31,917 nt of DNA, taken from positions 132,381 to 164,297 of IMG/VR virus record IMGVR_UViG_2595698877_000001; one strand, 5' to 3'. Made by a program: the position numbers and the translations under genes. The notes below the pieces were generated by a model, which had not been told where the DNA came from, searched no databases, and saw only the letters and a program-made list of their open reading frames with translations. Origin of the DNA: a virus. Lineage: Duplodnaviria; Heunggongvirae; Uroviricota; Caudoviricetes; Herelleviridae. This document shows positions 1 to 8,112 of this stretch, piece by piece (position 1 is the first letter of the stretch; the number at the start of each line of letters is the position of its first letter).

Positions 1-45
1 GAAATATTCAACCCGGTTTTGTTTAAAGTAGGGGCGCAAGTTATT

Positions 46-267
46 ATGCAAATATACACAAGCGATTGGGAGAAGATGTATTGGAGAGAAGAGTACGGGA
101 TTGTAAATAAGTATGATGATACATGTTTGCAAGTTCTTACTATACCACGAGATAACGGAGAACCAGAATATAAAACGGTACTACTTCGTCACTTAGACGA
201 AAGGTTCAATATAGTGCCTGTGAAACAACTAATCGAGGAACTACAGGAGGAATTAAATGCAAAGTAA
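46..267 (+). CDS. hypothetical protein
   Basis: ORF track 19..267; ATG at 46 preceded by AGGGG. Confidence 0.7.
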   Translation: MQIYTSDWEKMYWREEYGIVNKYDDTCLQVLTIPRDNGEPEYKTVLLRHLDERFNIVPVKQLIEELQEELNAK

Positions 268-1456
268 ATTATTTATGCCAAAAACATTAAATGTAGGTTA
301 TCAAAATAGACAGGGGACTTACACTGGTAGCCTAGCTTACGTCATTTATTATGATGAAACTGGTAAACTACGAAAAGAAACATCATGGGAAAGCTGGAGA
401 GACAAGAAGATTCCTAACCAAGAATTTGAAAACGTGCCGACAGAAGGATTCGTATTCAACAAGACAGGTGGAGGGCGACCATCATGGAGTGACCGTAAAG
501 CATTCTGTCGTGTATACGACCCACGAGGATTCGAATTTGAGATTGATATGGCTAATCTAATGCATATTCTAGAGTGCTGCGATGTAATGAAAGGTAAAGG
601 TATCGTAGGAGAACTAGTATACGCATGGGAAGGTACAGAGCTTGTTTTAGTGCCTGTAAACTCCGCAACATATGAAGAGTCTAAGAGATATACAGATATC
701 TTAATGAATAAGGAACAAATTAAAGCCAAAGACTTAAAGGTTGGTTATACATACATCGATAAAGATGAATCGAAGTACATTTACTTAGGTAAGTTCCATG
801 AGTATGATTATCGAATAGATTATAACGATTCGAACCGAAGACAAAAGGTTACGAAGTCTAAAGCTAAGAAATTCTTCTTCGCAGAGGAGTGTCGCTGGTC
901 TAGTAATAAGGACTTCCCGTGGATGATTAAAACAGTTAGCTCTTTAGGTAAGAAATTCATTAAAGAGTTAGAGGTAGGGTGCGTACAAGACTTCACACCA
1001 TTCCAAAACATGTTAGAACATTCTCAATACTACTCACCAGTTGATGAGAGTAAAGATGAGTTATATCCAATCGACCCGGAGTTCATTATCGAAAGAGTCC
1101 TAGACAAAGATAAGCACGAATGGGATAGACGAGTAGGGTTCTACACAAGAACTTACGGTGATACTCGTAAATACGATATCGTAATGGAGAACAAATACGA
1201 CAGACCGTATAGCTGGAGCGGCAACAGAGATAGAAAAGTTATTGGTGTTGAAGCTGTAGTTACATTTAAGTACGGAGATTACGGGTACAGAGAAGATGAG
1301 GTGTATCGCGGTTCATTAGAAGGATTCTTTACACGATTCACTGGAGACATGGAGCCTTGCTTCATTAAGAGATACCTAGAGAACGATAAGTTTTATTCGT
1401 TTAAAGGTTCAGTACCAGAACACCAAATAAATAAAGATGATAAGGAGCAAAAATAA
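257..1456 (+). CDS. conserved phage hypothetical protein (TYTGxLAYVIYYD..GKLRKETSWESWRD type)
   Basis: 399 aa ORF with SD GGAGG; N-terminal motif recalled from other large phages; function unknown. Confidence 0.8.
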   Translation: MQSKLFMPKTLNVGYQNRQGTYTGSLAYVIYYDETGKLRKETSWESWRDKKIPNQEFENVPTEGFVFNKTGGGRPSWSDRKAFCRVYDPRGFEFEIDMANLMHILECCDVMKGKGIVGELVYAWEGTELVLVPVNSATYEESKRYTDILMNKEQIKAKDLKVGYTYIDKDESKYIYLGKFHEYDYRIDYNDSNRRQKVTKSKAKKFFFAEECRWSSNKDFPWMIKTVSSLGKKFIKELEVGCVQDFTPFQNMLEHSQYYSPVDESKDELYPIDPEFIIERVLDKDKHEWDRRVGFYTRTYGDTRKYDIVMENKYDRPYSWSGNRDRKVIGVEAVVTFKYGDYGYREDEVYRGSLEGFFTRFTGDMEPCFIKRYLENDKFYSFKGSVPEHQINKDDKEQK

Positions 1457-1878
1457 TGACAAACTCAAATGATGCAGTAGTATTACAATTACAAGGTAAG
1501 GTAGAAGAAAAGAAAAAGAAATTATCAGCTTTAAAGAAGAACCGTCACACATCTACAACAAAGTGTATTCTTGAATGGGAAGGTAAAAACATTAACTTTA
1601 ACGTAGCTGGGAAGGACGAGCTTACACTCTTATTAGTTAAAATCCATACATTGTTTGTAGCTGCGGATGACTTACTATTAGAAGATTTTGGAGATACAAA
1701 AGTACAAGGGCATACATTAGATGAGTGGATTCAAGATATCAAAGGTAAAATCAAAGAGAAAGATATTCTTAACGAAGAACAACAAGTTAAAGCGATTGAG
1801 AAGAAACTCGATACGATGCTTTCTACAGAGAAGAAAACTGAACTAGAATTAGCTAAGTTCGCAGAGCTATTAAAATAG
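1456..1878 (+). CDS. hypothetical coiled-coil protein, coupled to upstream gene
   Basis: 140 aa ORF; TAATG overlap with the upstream stop; SD AAGGAG. Confidence 0.8.
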   Translation: MTNSNDAVVLQLQGKVEEKKKKLSALKKNRHTSTTKCILEWEGKNINFNVAGKDELTLLLVKIHTLFVAADDLLLEDFGDTKVQGHTLDEWIQDIKGKIKEKDILNEEQQVKAIEKKLDTMLSTEKKTELELAKFAELLK

Positions 1879-1884
1879 TACAAC

Positions 1885-1915
1885 AGACACGTGATAACCT
1901 CTCGTGTCTTTCTTT
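1885..1915 (+). terminator. intrinsic terminator
   Basis: AGACACG/CGTGTCT stem followed by TTCTTT. Confidence 0.75.
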
Positions 1916-2028
1916 ATGTGCAAAAGTAATACTTTTTAAACTTTTTTCTAACTTTTTACGATTTTGTGGTATCAAATAGGCGAATGCTCCATATGATGTA
2001 TTAAGAAATCACAAAGGGGGAAAACAAA

Positions 2029-3120
2029 ATGACAAAGAAATGGCAAGGAACTAGCGTAGGTTTATCTGTAGGTGCAGTAGATGATGGGTTCGGAGATGTA
2101 AAATGTGACAACAACGGTCATCCATTCTTAATCCCTTCATTCGTAACGAACTTTAAAGAGAAACCATCTACAGAGTTTGTAGTAGAAGGTAAGCAATTAG
2201 AGTACATCGCTTGTGAAATTGATGGTAAGAAATATGTTGTCGGAGATTATGCTACAAAGTTAGACCCGGATATTGAATGGACTGGAGGAGAGAACAAACA
2301 TAATGATAATAAGTTTCCGATTATTATGAAAACTGTTTTAGGTCTTATGAGCAAAGGTACAAATGAAACCATCTACACACTTATGATGAACTTACCAATT
2401 AAGAACGATACACCAGAGCGTAGAGAACAACTTACACAGCTTGTAAAAGGTACACACGATATGAAAATCTCTTACGACGGTATCAATTGGATAGAAAGAA
2501 CAGTCACAGTTGAAGATGTGTGTATCAAGAAACAACCGTTCGGCTCTTTATGTGACCTAATGCTCGATAACAACGGAGAAATCGTTGACCATAATATCGC
2601 AAAAGGATTTAACGTATTAGCGGATATTGGAGCAAGAACTTTGAATGTTCTGACATTGGATTCATTAGAAGAGCAGCCGGAGCTAACAACTCATACGAAC
2701 ATGGGGATGTTTAGTAGCTACCTACAAATTGGGAAATACTTAGAGAATCAACTAGGAGCTACAATCCCGGATGGAAAGCTTCCAATGATTATCAAGAATA
2801 AAGAAATAAAAGGTATGGACATTACACCAGTCATCAATCAAGCTTACGAAAACCATGCGAATACAATCCTTAATACGCTGGACAGAATACTTATTAATAG
2901 CTGGGCTTTTGTAGATACAATCATCTTTACTGGTGGTGGCTCGGAACTACTCAAACAATACTTATCAGAAAGATTCGCTAACAGAGGGGTTAAGGTACTG
3001 TTCCTAGATAGATACGCAAATGTACGTGGTTTAAGGAAGTACGGGGCGCGTATGGCATCGAAAGCGAAGAAGAGTACAGTTACGATTAAAGTCGGCACAC
3101 AGCCGTACATCAGCAAGTGA
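2029..3120 (+). CDS. parM: actin-like ATPase, ParM/StbA (Alp) family
   Basis: Phosphate-1 AVDDGFGDVK, phosphate-2 ADIGARTLN, adenosine motif IFTGGGSELL; SD AAAGGGGG. Confidence 0.88.
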   Translation: MTKKWQGTSVGLSVGAVDDGFGDVKCDNNGHPFLIPSFVTNFKEKPSTEFVVEGKQLEYIACEIDGKKYVVGDYATKLDPDIEWTGGENKHNDNKFPIIMKTVLGLMSKGTNETIYTLMMNLPIKNDTPERREQLTQLVKGTHDMKISYDGINWIERTVTVEDVCIKKQPFGSLCDLMLDNNGEIVDHNIAKGFNVLADIGARTLNVLTLDSLEEQPELTTHTNMGMFSSYLQIGKYLENQLGATIPDGKLPMIIKNKEIKGMDITPVINQAYENHANTILNTLDRILINSWAFVDTIIFTGGGSELLKQYLSERFANRGVKVLFLDRYANVRGLRKYGARMASKAKKSTVTIKVGTQPYISK

Positions 3121-3130
3121 GGTGGCTTAA

Positions 3131-3397
3131 ATGCGAAAGTCAGTCTACCTTCGAGATAAGATGGATGATGACATACTAGAAGTCATTAAGCCATTACTAA
3201 AGAATCATAGCTTTGCACATGTAATGAGGGAACTAGCTAGAGACGGAATCAAGTATAGAAAAGGGGAAGGAGGTGTCGTGTATCCTAAAGTCATACAAAG
3301 TGTGACACCTGTAGAATCAGCTCCAATACAAGATGTAAAATTAGTAAAAAAAGAAGCATCTGACAAAGATATTGCAACCCGATTAGATAACTTCTAG
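3131..3397 (+). CDS. ribbon-helix-helix DNA-binding protein, ParR-like adaptor
   Basis: N-terminal strand RKSVYLR, then two helices (DDDILEVIK; FAHVMRELARDGI), then a low-complexity tail; directly follows parM. Confidence 0.75.
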   Translation: MRKSVYLRDKMDDDILEVIKPLLKNHSFAHVMRELARDGIKYRKGEGGVVYPKVIQSVTPVESAPIQDVKLVKKEASDKDIATRLDNF

Positions 3398-3400
3398 GAG

Positions 3401-3513
3401 CCGTTTTTCCGTAATTCCCAAAATTCCGTTTTTCCGGGAAAAACGTTAATTCCCTGCGTAATTCCCACATTTATAAGAGGGTTATAACGGTTAATTCACT
3501 ATCCCGTAATCAT
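3401..3513. repeat. candidate centromere/operator (parC-like) repeat cluster
   Basis: CCGTTTTTCCG at 3401 and 3426; CGTAATTCCC at 3410 and 3457; CGTTAATTCCC at 3444; GGTTAATTCAC at 3489; perfect inverted repeat CGTTTTTCC-G-GGAAAAACG at 3427-3445. Confidence 0.6.
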
Positions 3514-3730
3514 GCAAAACTTTTAAAATCTGCTCTAATTCTTCCATACTAATATCCACGTTTCTATCCTTGTTGATGTCGTGAAGAACTAAATGATTTA
3601 CTTTCTGCATTTGTCTCTCATACTGAGCTAAAGAATCTGTGAACCAAGACATATAATCATCGTCCTCTCTTGTTTGATATTTCTATCGTTACCAAAAATA
3701 AAAAACTTATACATGAAGGAGGAAAAAAAT

Positions 3731-3922
3731 ATGGGTATCGTAGCTGTAGGTGCTGGAATCGCGTTAGTTTGTACAACTGGAATGGCTTTATCAACGGTGT
3801 TTAAGTTTCTTCATTCATTCGAAATGGAAGTTGGGGTGAAGAAGGAGAAACGCGGAAGAGGTAGAGATGTTAATGAGGAACGTTTTGAGAACATGGCTAA
3901 TCGTGCAAGATTAAACAAATAA
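3731..3922 (+). CDS. small membrane protein (N-terminal TM helix, basic tail)
   Basis: ATG 3731 after AAGGAGG, within ORF-track 3674..3922. Confidence 0.75.
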   Translation: MGIVAVGAGIALVCTTGMALSTVFKFLHSFEMEVGVKKEKRGRGRDVNEERFENMANRARLNK

Positions 3923-3937
3923 AAGGGGATGTTAACG

Positions 3938-4465
3938 ATGATTATTAATTACGATGCGAAAAATAAAGCTGCTTGGGTTGAGTACACACCATTCACAAAA
4001 GCTCCAATGGTAGATGAGTCGGTTTTTATGTACCAAAATATAAAGGAGGAGATAATGAGCGCAAAGGGAATGCAGAAGCTCAAAAAAATAAAGCAAGCAA
4101 AAAAGATAATCAAAATGTCACTATCAATATTAGGAGCAAGCGCGGGTCTTTCGACGAGAGCATTTGCAAGTGGGGTAACAGGGAAAACACCTCTACTGGC
4201 TCCATTCACACCGAGCGTAATGGTGGAGTACGGGTTGCAAGTAGCCTTTCTAGCAGTGGGTGTAGCAGTAGCACTAAGTATCGTCCTATTAGTCATAGCG
4301 GGAACACTGAGAATGTTCAGAAAGAGCCAAGAAGCGAACGTATGGACGCAAGACATCATCAAAGGGATAACGCAAGTACTGATAAGCGTTCCGAGCATTT
4401 ACATCATCTATCGGGTAGCAAGTTACTTATTCAGAAATTTAAACTTCTTAAGTCTAGGCTTCTAA
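3938..4465 (+). CDS. membrane protein, pilin-like (TrbC/VirB2-type) topology
   Basis: ATG 3938 after AAAGGGG; second in-frame SD+ATG at 4055; signal-like segment ending STRAFA, then two hydrophobic helices. Confidence 0.65.
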   Translation: MIINYDAKNKAAWVEYTPFTKAPMVDESVFMYQNIKEEIMSAKGMQKLKKIKQAKKIIKMSLSILGASAGLSTRAFASGVTGKTPLLAPFTPSVMVEYGLQVAFLAVGVAVALSIVLLVIAGTLRMFRKSQEANVWTQDIIKGITQVLISVPSIYIIYRVASYLFRNLNFLSLGF

Positions 4466-5568
4466 AAATTGGAGCAATACCCGCAGCGACTATCTCTACA
4501 TTCTTCTTTACTTCTATAGGAGATAGAGCATACGCAGAAACAATTAGTAATGATTCGTTCTTTGATAAAGGTAAGAGTATGTTCTCCGGATTCATCAAAG
4601 ATACATTAATACCTACAGGAACACCAAACCCTATAAAAGAAGTAATGGATTGGTTCGGAGAGTTCGTTACACTTATTAAAGACTTACCACACAATGTAGC
4701 GAAGATGTCCGCAGAGTTACTGTCTTGGATATATGACTTATGCGCTGGACTTATCTTAAAGACTCCTCTGTTCTTATTCGATAATGAATGGTTTACAACA
4801 ATGAGCTTGGGATTTAGTGGAGTATCTATAGGGATTGTAGTTGTTCTCACTGTTATAGAATGCATTAAAAGAATGCTATCTGGAGCAAATAAGAAGCTAA
4901 GACCGATGGAGTTCTCTACAATCATGAAGCGCTGGTCACTTATGGCTGGTGTCACATCGGTAACGCCTTTCTTATTCAAGTCCGCATTCAAATTATTAAA
5001 TCTCATCTCTGGAAAACTTACAAGTATGGGCAGCGAAATTATGACAGCTAGTGCCTTGACTACTACATTTAGTACGATTGATGTTATCACATTGTTAGTA
5101 TTCGATGCGATACTGATTTCTACAGTCATTCCGATGTTATGGACGAATGGAAGAAGATTTTTTGACCTATTGGTATTAGGCGTAGTAGCTCCTGTCGCAT
5201 TAGTATGTTGGGTATTTGATTCACATAGACATTTCTTCCAACAGTGGTGGAGCAATGTAAAGCATTTGTCTTTAGTGCAAGTCTATCATTCTCTATTCCT
5301 ACTAATTATTGGGTTATTCATCTTCGGTATCCCGTTCCCAGCCGACTTCACGGGTACAATCGTTAAGTTGCTCGTTGTAATTGGAGGCTTTGCTCGTATG
5401 CAGAACCCACCTAAAATCATTGCAAACAAATTAGATAATGGAAAGGGATTAGACGAAGTAATGAAGAGTAATGTAAAAGAGACATCTAAAAAGTTAATTA
5501 AGAACTTTGCAATGTCAAAAGCTACAATTTTAAGTCCGTTAGCGTTATTTAAGAAAATTAAAAAATAA
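4342..5568 (+). CDS. polytopic membrane protein, VirB6/TrbL-like topology; start uncertain
   Basis: 408 aa ORF; signal-like segment ending RAYA followed by several TM helices; no good SD at ATG 4342. Confidence 0.65.
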   Translation: MDARHHQRDNASTDKRSEHLHHLSGSKLLIQKFKLLKSRLLKIGAIPAATISTFFFTSIGDRAYAETISNDSFFDKGKSMFSGFIKDTLIPTGTPNPIKEVMDWFGEFVTLIKDLPHNVAKMSAELLSWIYDLCAGLILKTPLFLFDNEWFTTMSLGFSGVSIGIVVVLTVIECIKRMLSGANKKLRPMEFSTIMKRWSLMAGVTSVTPFLFKSAFKLLNLISGKLTSMGSEIMTASALTTTFSTIDVITLLVFDAILISTVIPMLWTNGRRFFDLLVLGVVAPVALVCWVFDSHRHFFQQWWSNVKHLSLVQVYHSLFLLIIGLFIFGIPFPADFTGTIVKLLVVIGGFARMQNPPKIIANKLDNGKGLDEVMKSNVKETSKKLIKNFAMSKATILSPLALFKKIKK

Positions 5569-5580
5569 GGAGAGGTTCCT

Positions 5581-5694
5581 ATGAGTATCACAACACTGAT
5601 TTTACTGAATACAACGATGTTATTGGCGACTGCGGCTGTGAATGCTGTGCAATGTGTCATCATTATGAAGGAGTTGAAGCATCGTGAAGAGTAA
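5581..5694 (+). CDS. 37 aa single-TM peptide (absent from ORF track)
   Basis: SD AAGGAGAGGT; MSITTLILLNTTMLLATAAVNAVQCVIIMKELKHREE; overlaps the ftsK start. Confidence 0.7.
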   Translation: MSITTLILLNTTMLLATAAVNAVQCVIIMKELKHREE

Positions 5695-7939
5695 AGGATA
5701 TAAGAACATATCGAACTACTTCTCAAATGTAACAGATGTATCAGGAGCCTTTCAAACCATCTTAGAACAAGATACAGACGGTGTATTCGGTGTAGAACTG
5801 GAGATATATAAAGGGGGTAGGAATATGGTAGTGGTTACGCCCCCACATATCCGTTTTAATGAAACGAATGTTCTACCTTATCGTTTAACGTTAGTAGCGC
5901 GTCATACAGACGACTTACATGCTTATGAAGGTTATCTATCTAAACCGTCGTTCTTACCGTTGTACGAGGGAATGAGGGGCTTATTCTTACGTGAATTATT
6001 GGAAATACAAGTAGGAGAGGACGAAGCACTAGAAATCCAGTGGTTATTCAAGAGATATGTAGATAATTGGCTCCTAACTTCTATAGAAAGGTATAAGAGT
6101 TACTTGAGCGGTAATGAATATCCTGCTGGTTCCAAGATAGGAAGAACATTTCAAGATAAAATTCTACATGCTATCAATAAGTTATCATCTTTTGATATGG
6201 CTCGAACATATAGTGAGAAAGTGGAACAGAAGATTGTCGGTAAAGTATATAAATTCAAACTAGGAATCACCATTCGTTCTAAGGAGCCTACGGCGCTCGT
6301 ACAGCAGATTGAATCCATACTACGTAAATACGATTCGCATAACACGGTTAGCCTGTACAAGAGGAAGTTAAGGGGCTTAAAAGATGAATGTGAGGAAAGA
6401 TTAGTTATGAACGGGGAGAATGTGTTGAGCGATACGGAGATTGTGTCCTTATTCGGTGGAACAGTAGTAGCTCCCCAAGAAGTTGAATACGTTCAATCTG
6501 CTACTACTGAACCGAATAAAGTTAGAACACCTAGAAAGGATATCGGAGGTCTAGTCTCGTTGTTGCCTACATATCCAAGAGAAGAAGTGAAAGTGGATGA
6601 AAATATTGTGAGCTACCTAGCCGAAGCCATGAAGCGTGTAGGTCTGATTCCAACAGCGAGACTAGCGAATAGTACTGTCACAGCGGGTGCGCGGTTGACT
6701 GTTATTCAATGTGATATACCTAAGAAGAAGAACCTAAGTCATCTTATTTCAAAGGCTTCCGATATCCAAGCAGCACTAGGAGTTCCTTCGCTTAGTATAG
6801 AACAAGGTGAGGAGCCTGATACTGCCAAATTTACCCTACCAAACGAAGAAGCAGCCGTCATCAGTCTTAGAGAGCTTATAGAGAGTCCGGACTTCCAAGA
6901 GTATGCGAGTAACCATGCGTTACCATTTATAGTAGGTGTTGATGAAGTGGATACACCCATCTACCTAGACTTGACAAAGCTCGTACATCTTATGATTGCA
7001 GGTACAACGGGTTCTGGTAAATCTGTATTCATGAATACGCTAATCATTTGTCTCATGGCTACAAACTCTCCAGAGATGTTGCGGTTTGTAATGATTGACC
7101 CTAAAATAGTAGAACTGGCGCAATATGAAGGAATGTCTCACGTAGATAAGATAGTAACAGACATGGAGAAAGCAGGTTCGGCACTTAATAAACTGGTTGA
7201 GGAAATGGAAAAGAGATATGAAACGTTTAAGGATGCGGGAGTGAAAAGTATCAATATCTATAATGAAGTAGCAGACTGTAAAATGCCTTACATTGTATGT
7301 GTTATTGATGAGTACGCAGACTTGCATGATACAAACCCGCATGTAGAAGAGTATGTCACACGATTAGGACAGAAAGCTCGTGCTGCTGGAATCCATTTAG
7401 TTATTGCTACACAAAGACCGGATGCAAAGGTAATCAGTGGGCGTATCAAAGCAAATGTACAAAATGCAATCAGTTTCAATTTAAATAGTAATGTGGATTA
7501 TAAAACGGTATTCGGTAAAGGTATCGGTAATACGACTCTTCTGGGTCGTGGAGATGGTGTCATGAGAATAGTAGCGCACCCCAAAGAGTTCCAGAGGTTC
7601 CAGAGCGCTATTGTATCCCCTAACGAAGTGGAAGAGGGTAAAGTGTATCAAAAGATTAGGGATTACTTTGGTGGAGAGTTGGTCGAAGAGGAAATAGAAG
7701 AAACAGAAGAAGTTGATACAGAGGAACCATTAGTGAAGCTTAAAAAGATTATTGCTCGTACTAGGGAAACGAAGGTCGGTAGGCTTAGAGAACTTATGGG
7801 AATCAAAGCAGAAGTATTAACAGAACTCATGGGTAAGTTAGTGGAAGAAGGTTGGCTCATCAAACACGCTTCTAAGACAAAAGGCTATGAGTTAATTATT
7901 CCAGAAGAGATGTTAGTCGAATATAAAGGTGATTGGTAA
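5684..7939 (+). CDS. ftsK: FtsK/SpoIIIE-family DNA translocase ATPase
   Basis: Walker A GTTGSGKS, Walker B IVCVIDEYAD, KARAAGIHLVIATQRP motif, C-terminal winged-helix-like segment; GTG start after AAGGAG; no N-terminal TM helices. Confidence 0.92.
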   Translation: MKSKGYKNISNYFSNVTDVSGAFQTILEQDTDGVFGVELEIYKGGRNMVVVTPPHIRFNETNVLPYRLTLVARHTDDLHAYEGYLSKPSFLPLYEGMRGLFLRELLEIQVGEDEALEIQWLFKRYVDNWLLTSIERYKSYLSGNEYPAGSKIGRTFQDKILHAINKLSSFDMARTYSEKVEQKIVGKVYKFKLGITIRSKEPTALVQQIESILRKYDSHNTVSLYKRKLRGLKDECEERLVMNGENVLSDTEIVSLFGGTVVAPQEVEYVQSATTEPNKVRTPRKDIGGLVSLLPTYPREEVKVDENIVSYLAEAMKRVGLIPTARLANSTVTAGARLTVIQCDIPKKKNLSHLISKASDIQAALGVPSLSIEQGEEPDTAKFTLPNEEAAVISLRELIESPDFQEYASNHALPFIVGVDEVDTPIYLDLTKLVHLMIAGTTGSGKSVFMNTLIICLMATNSPEMLRFVMIDPKIVELAQYEGMSHVDKIVTDMEKAGSALNKLVEEMEKRYETFKDAGVKSINIYNEVADCKMPYIVCVIDEYADLHDTNPHVEEYVTRLGQKARAAGIHLVIATQRPDAKVISGRIKANVQNAISFNLNSNVDYKTVFGKGIGNTTLLGRGDGVMRIVAHPKEFQRFQSAIVSPNEVEEGKVYQKIRDYFGGELVEEEIEETEEVDTEEPLVKLKKIIARTRETKVGRLRELMGIKAEVLTELMGKLVEEGWLIKHASKTKGYELIIPEEMLVEYKGDW

Positions 7940-7969
7940 AAATATTTTTAAAAATAAGAATAAAAGTTG

Positions 7970-7998
7970 TTGACTAAAAGTAAACATAGTAGTAAGAT
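7970..7998 (+). promoter_or_regulatory. sigma-A-type early promoter
   Basis: TTGACT-17-TAAGAT. Confidence 0.8.
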
Positions 7999-8112
7999 AA
8001 GAGTAAGAAAACGAAAGGGGTGTTGCTTAACGGTTTTATAGAAAAGTAGAGTCCGAGATTGATAGTGGAGTTGGGTTAGTCAAACAAAACATAATCTGGG
8101 GAGGAACTTATA

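Noticed and set aside
1969-3657. Sporulation sigma (E/G/K) promoters for the parM and membrane genes (CATATGAT at 1990, CATACTA at 3545, CATATAAT at 3650)
   Set aside because: The -10-like words are present, but no matching -35 element lies at the right spacing; such words are common in AT-rich DNA.
8014-8049. Leader peptide in the 110 nt leader of the coiled-coil gene (TTG 8023)
   Set aside because: The SD is only 2 nt from the start codon and there is no attenuator structure.
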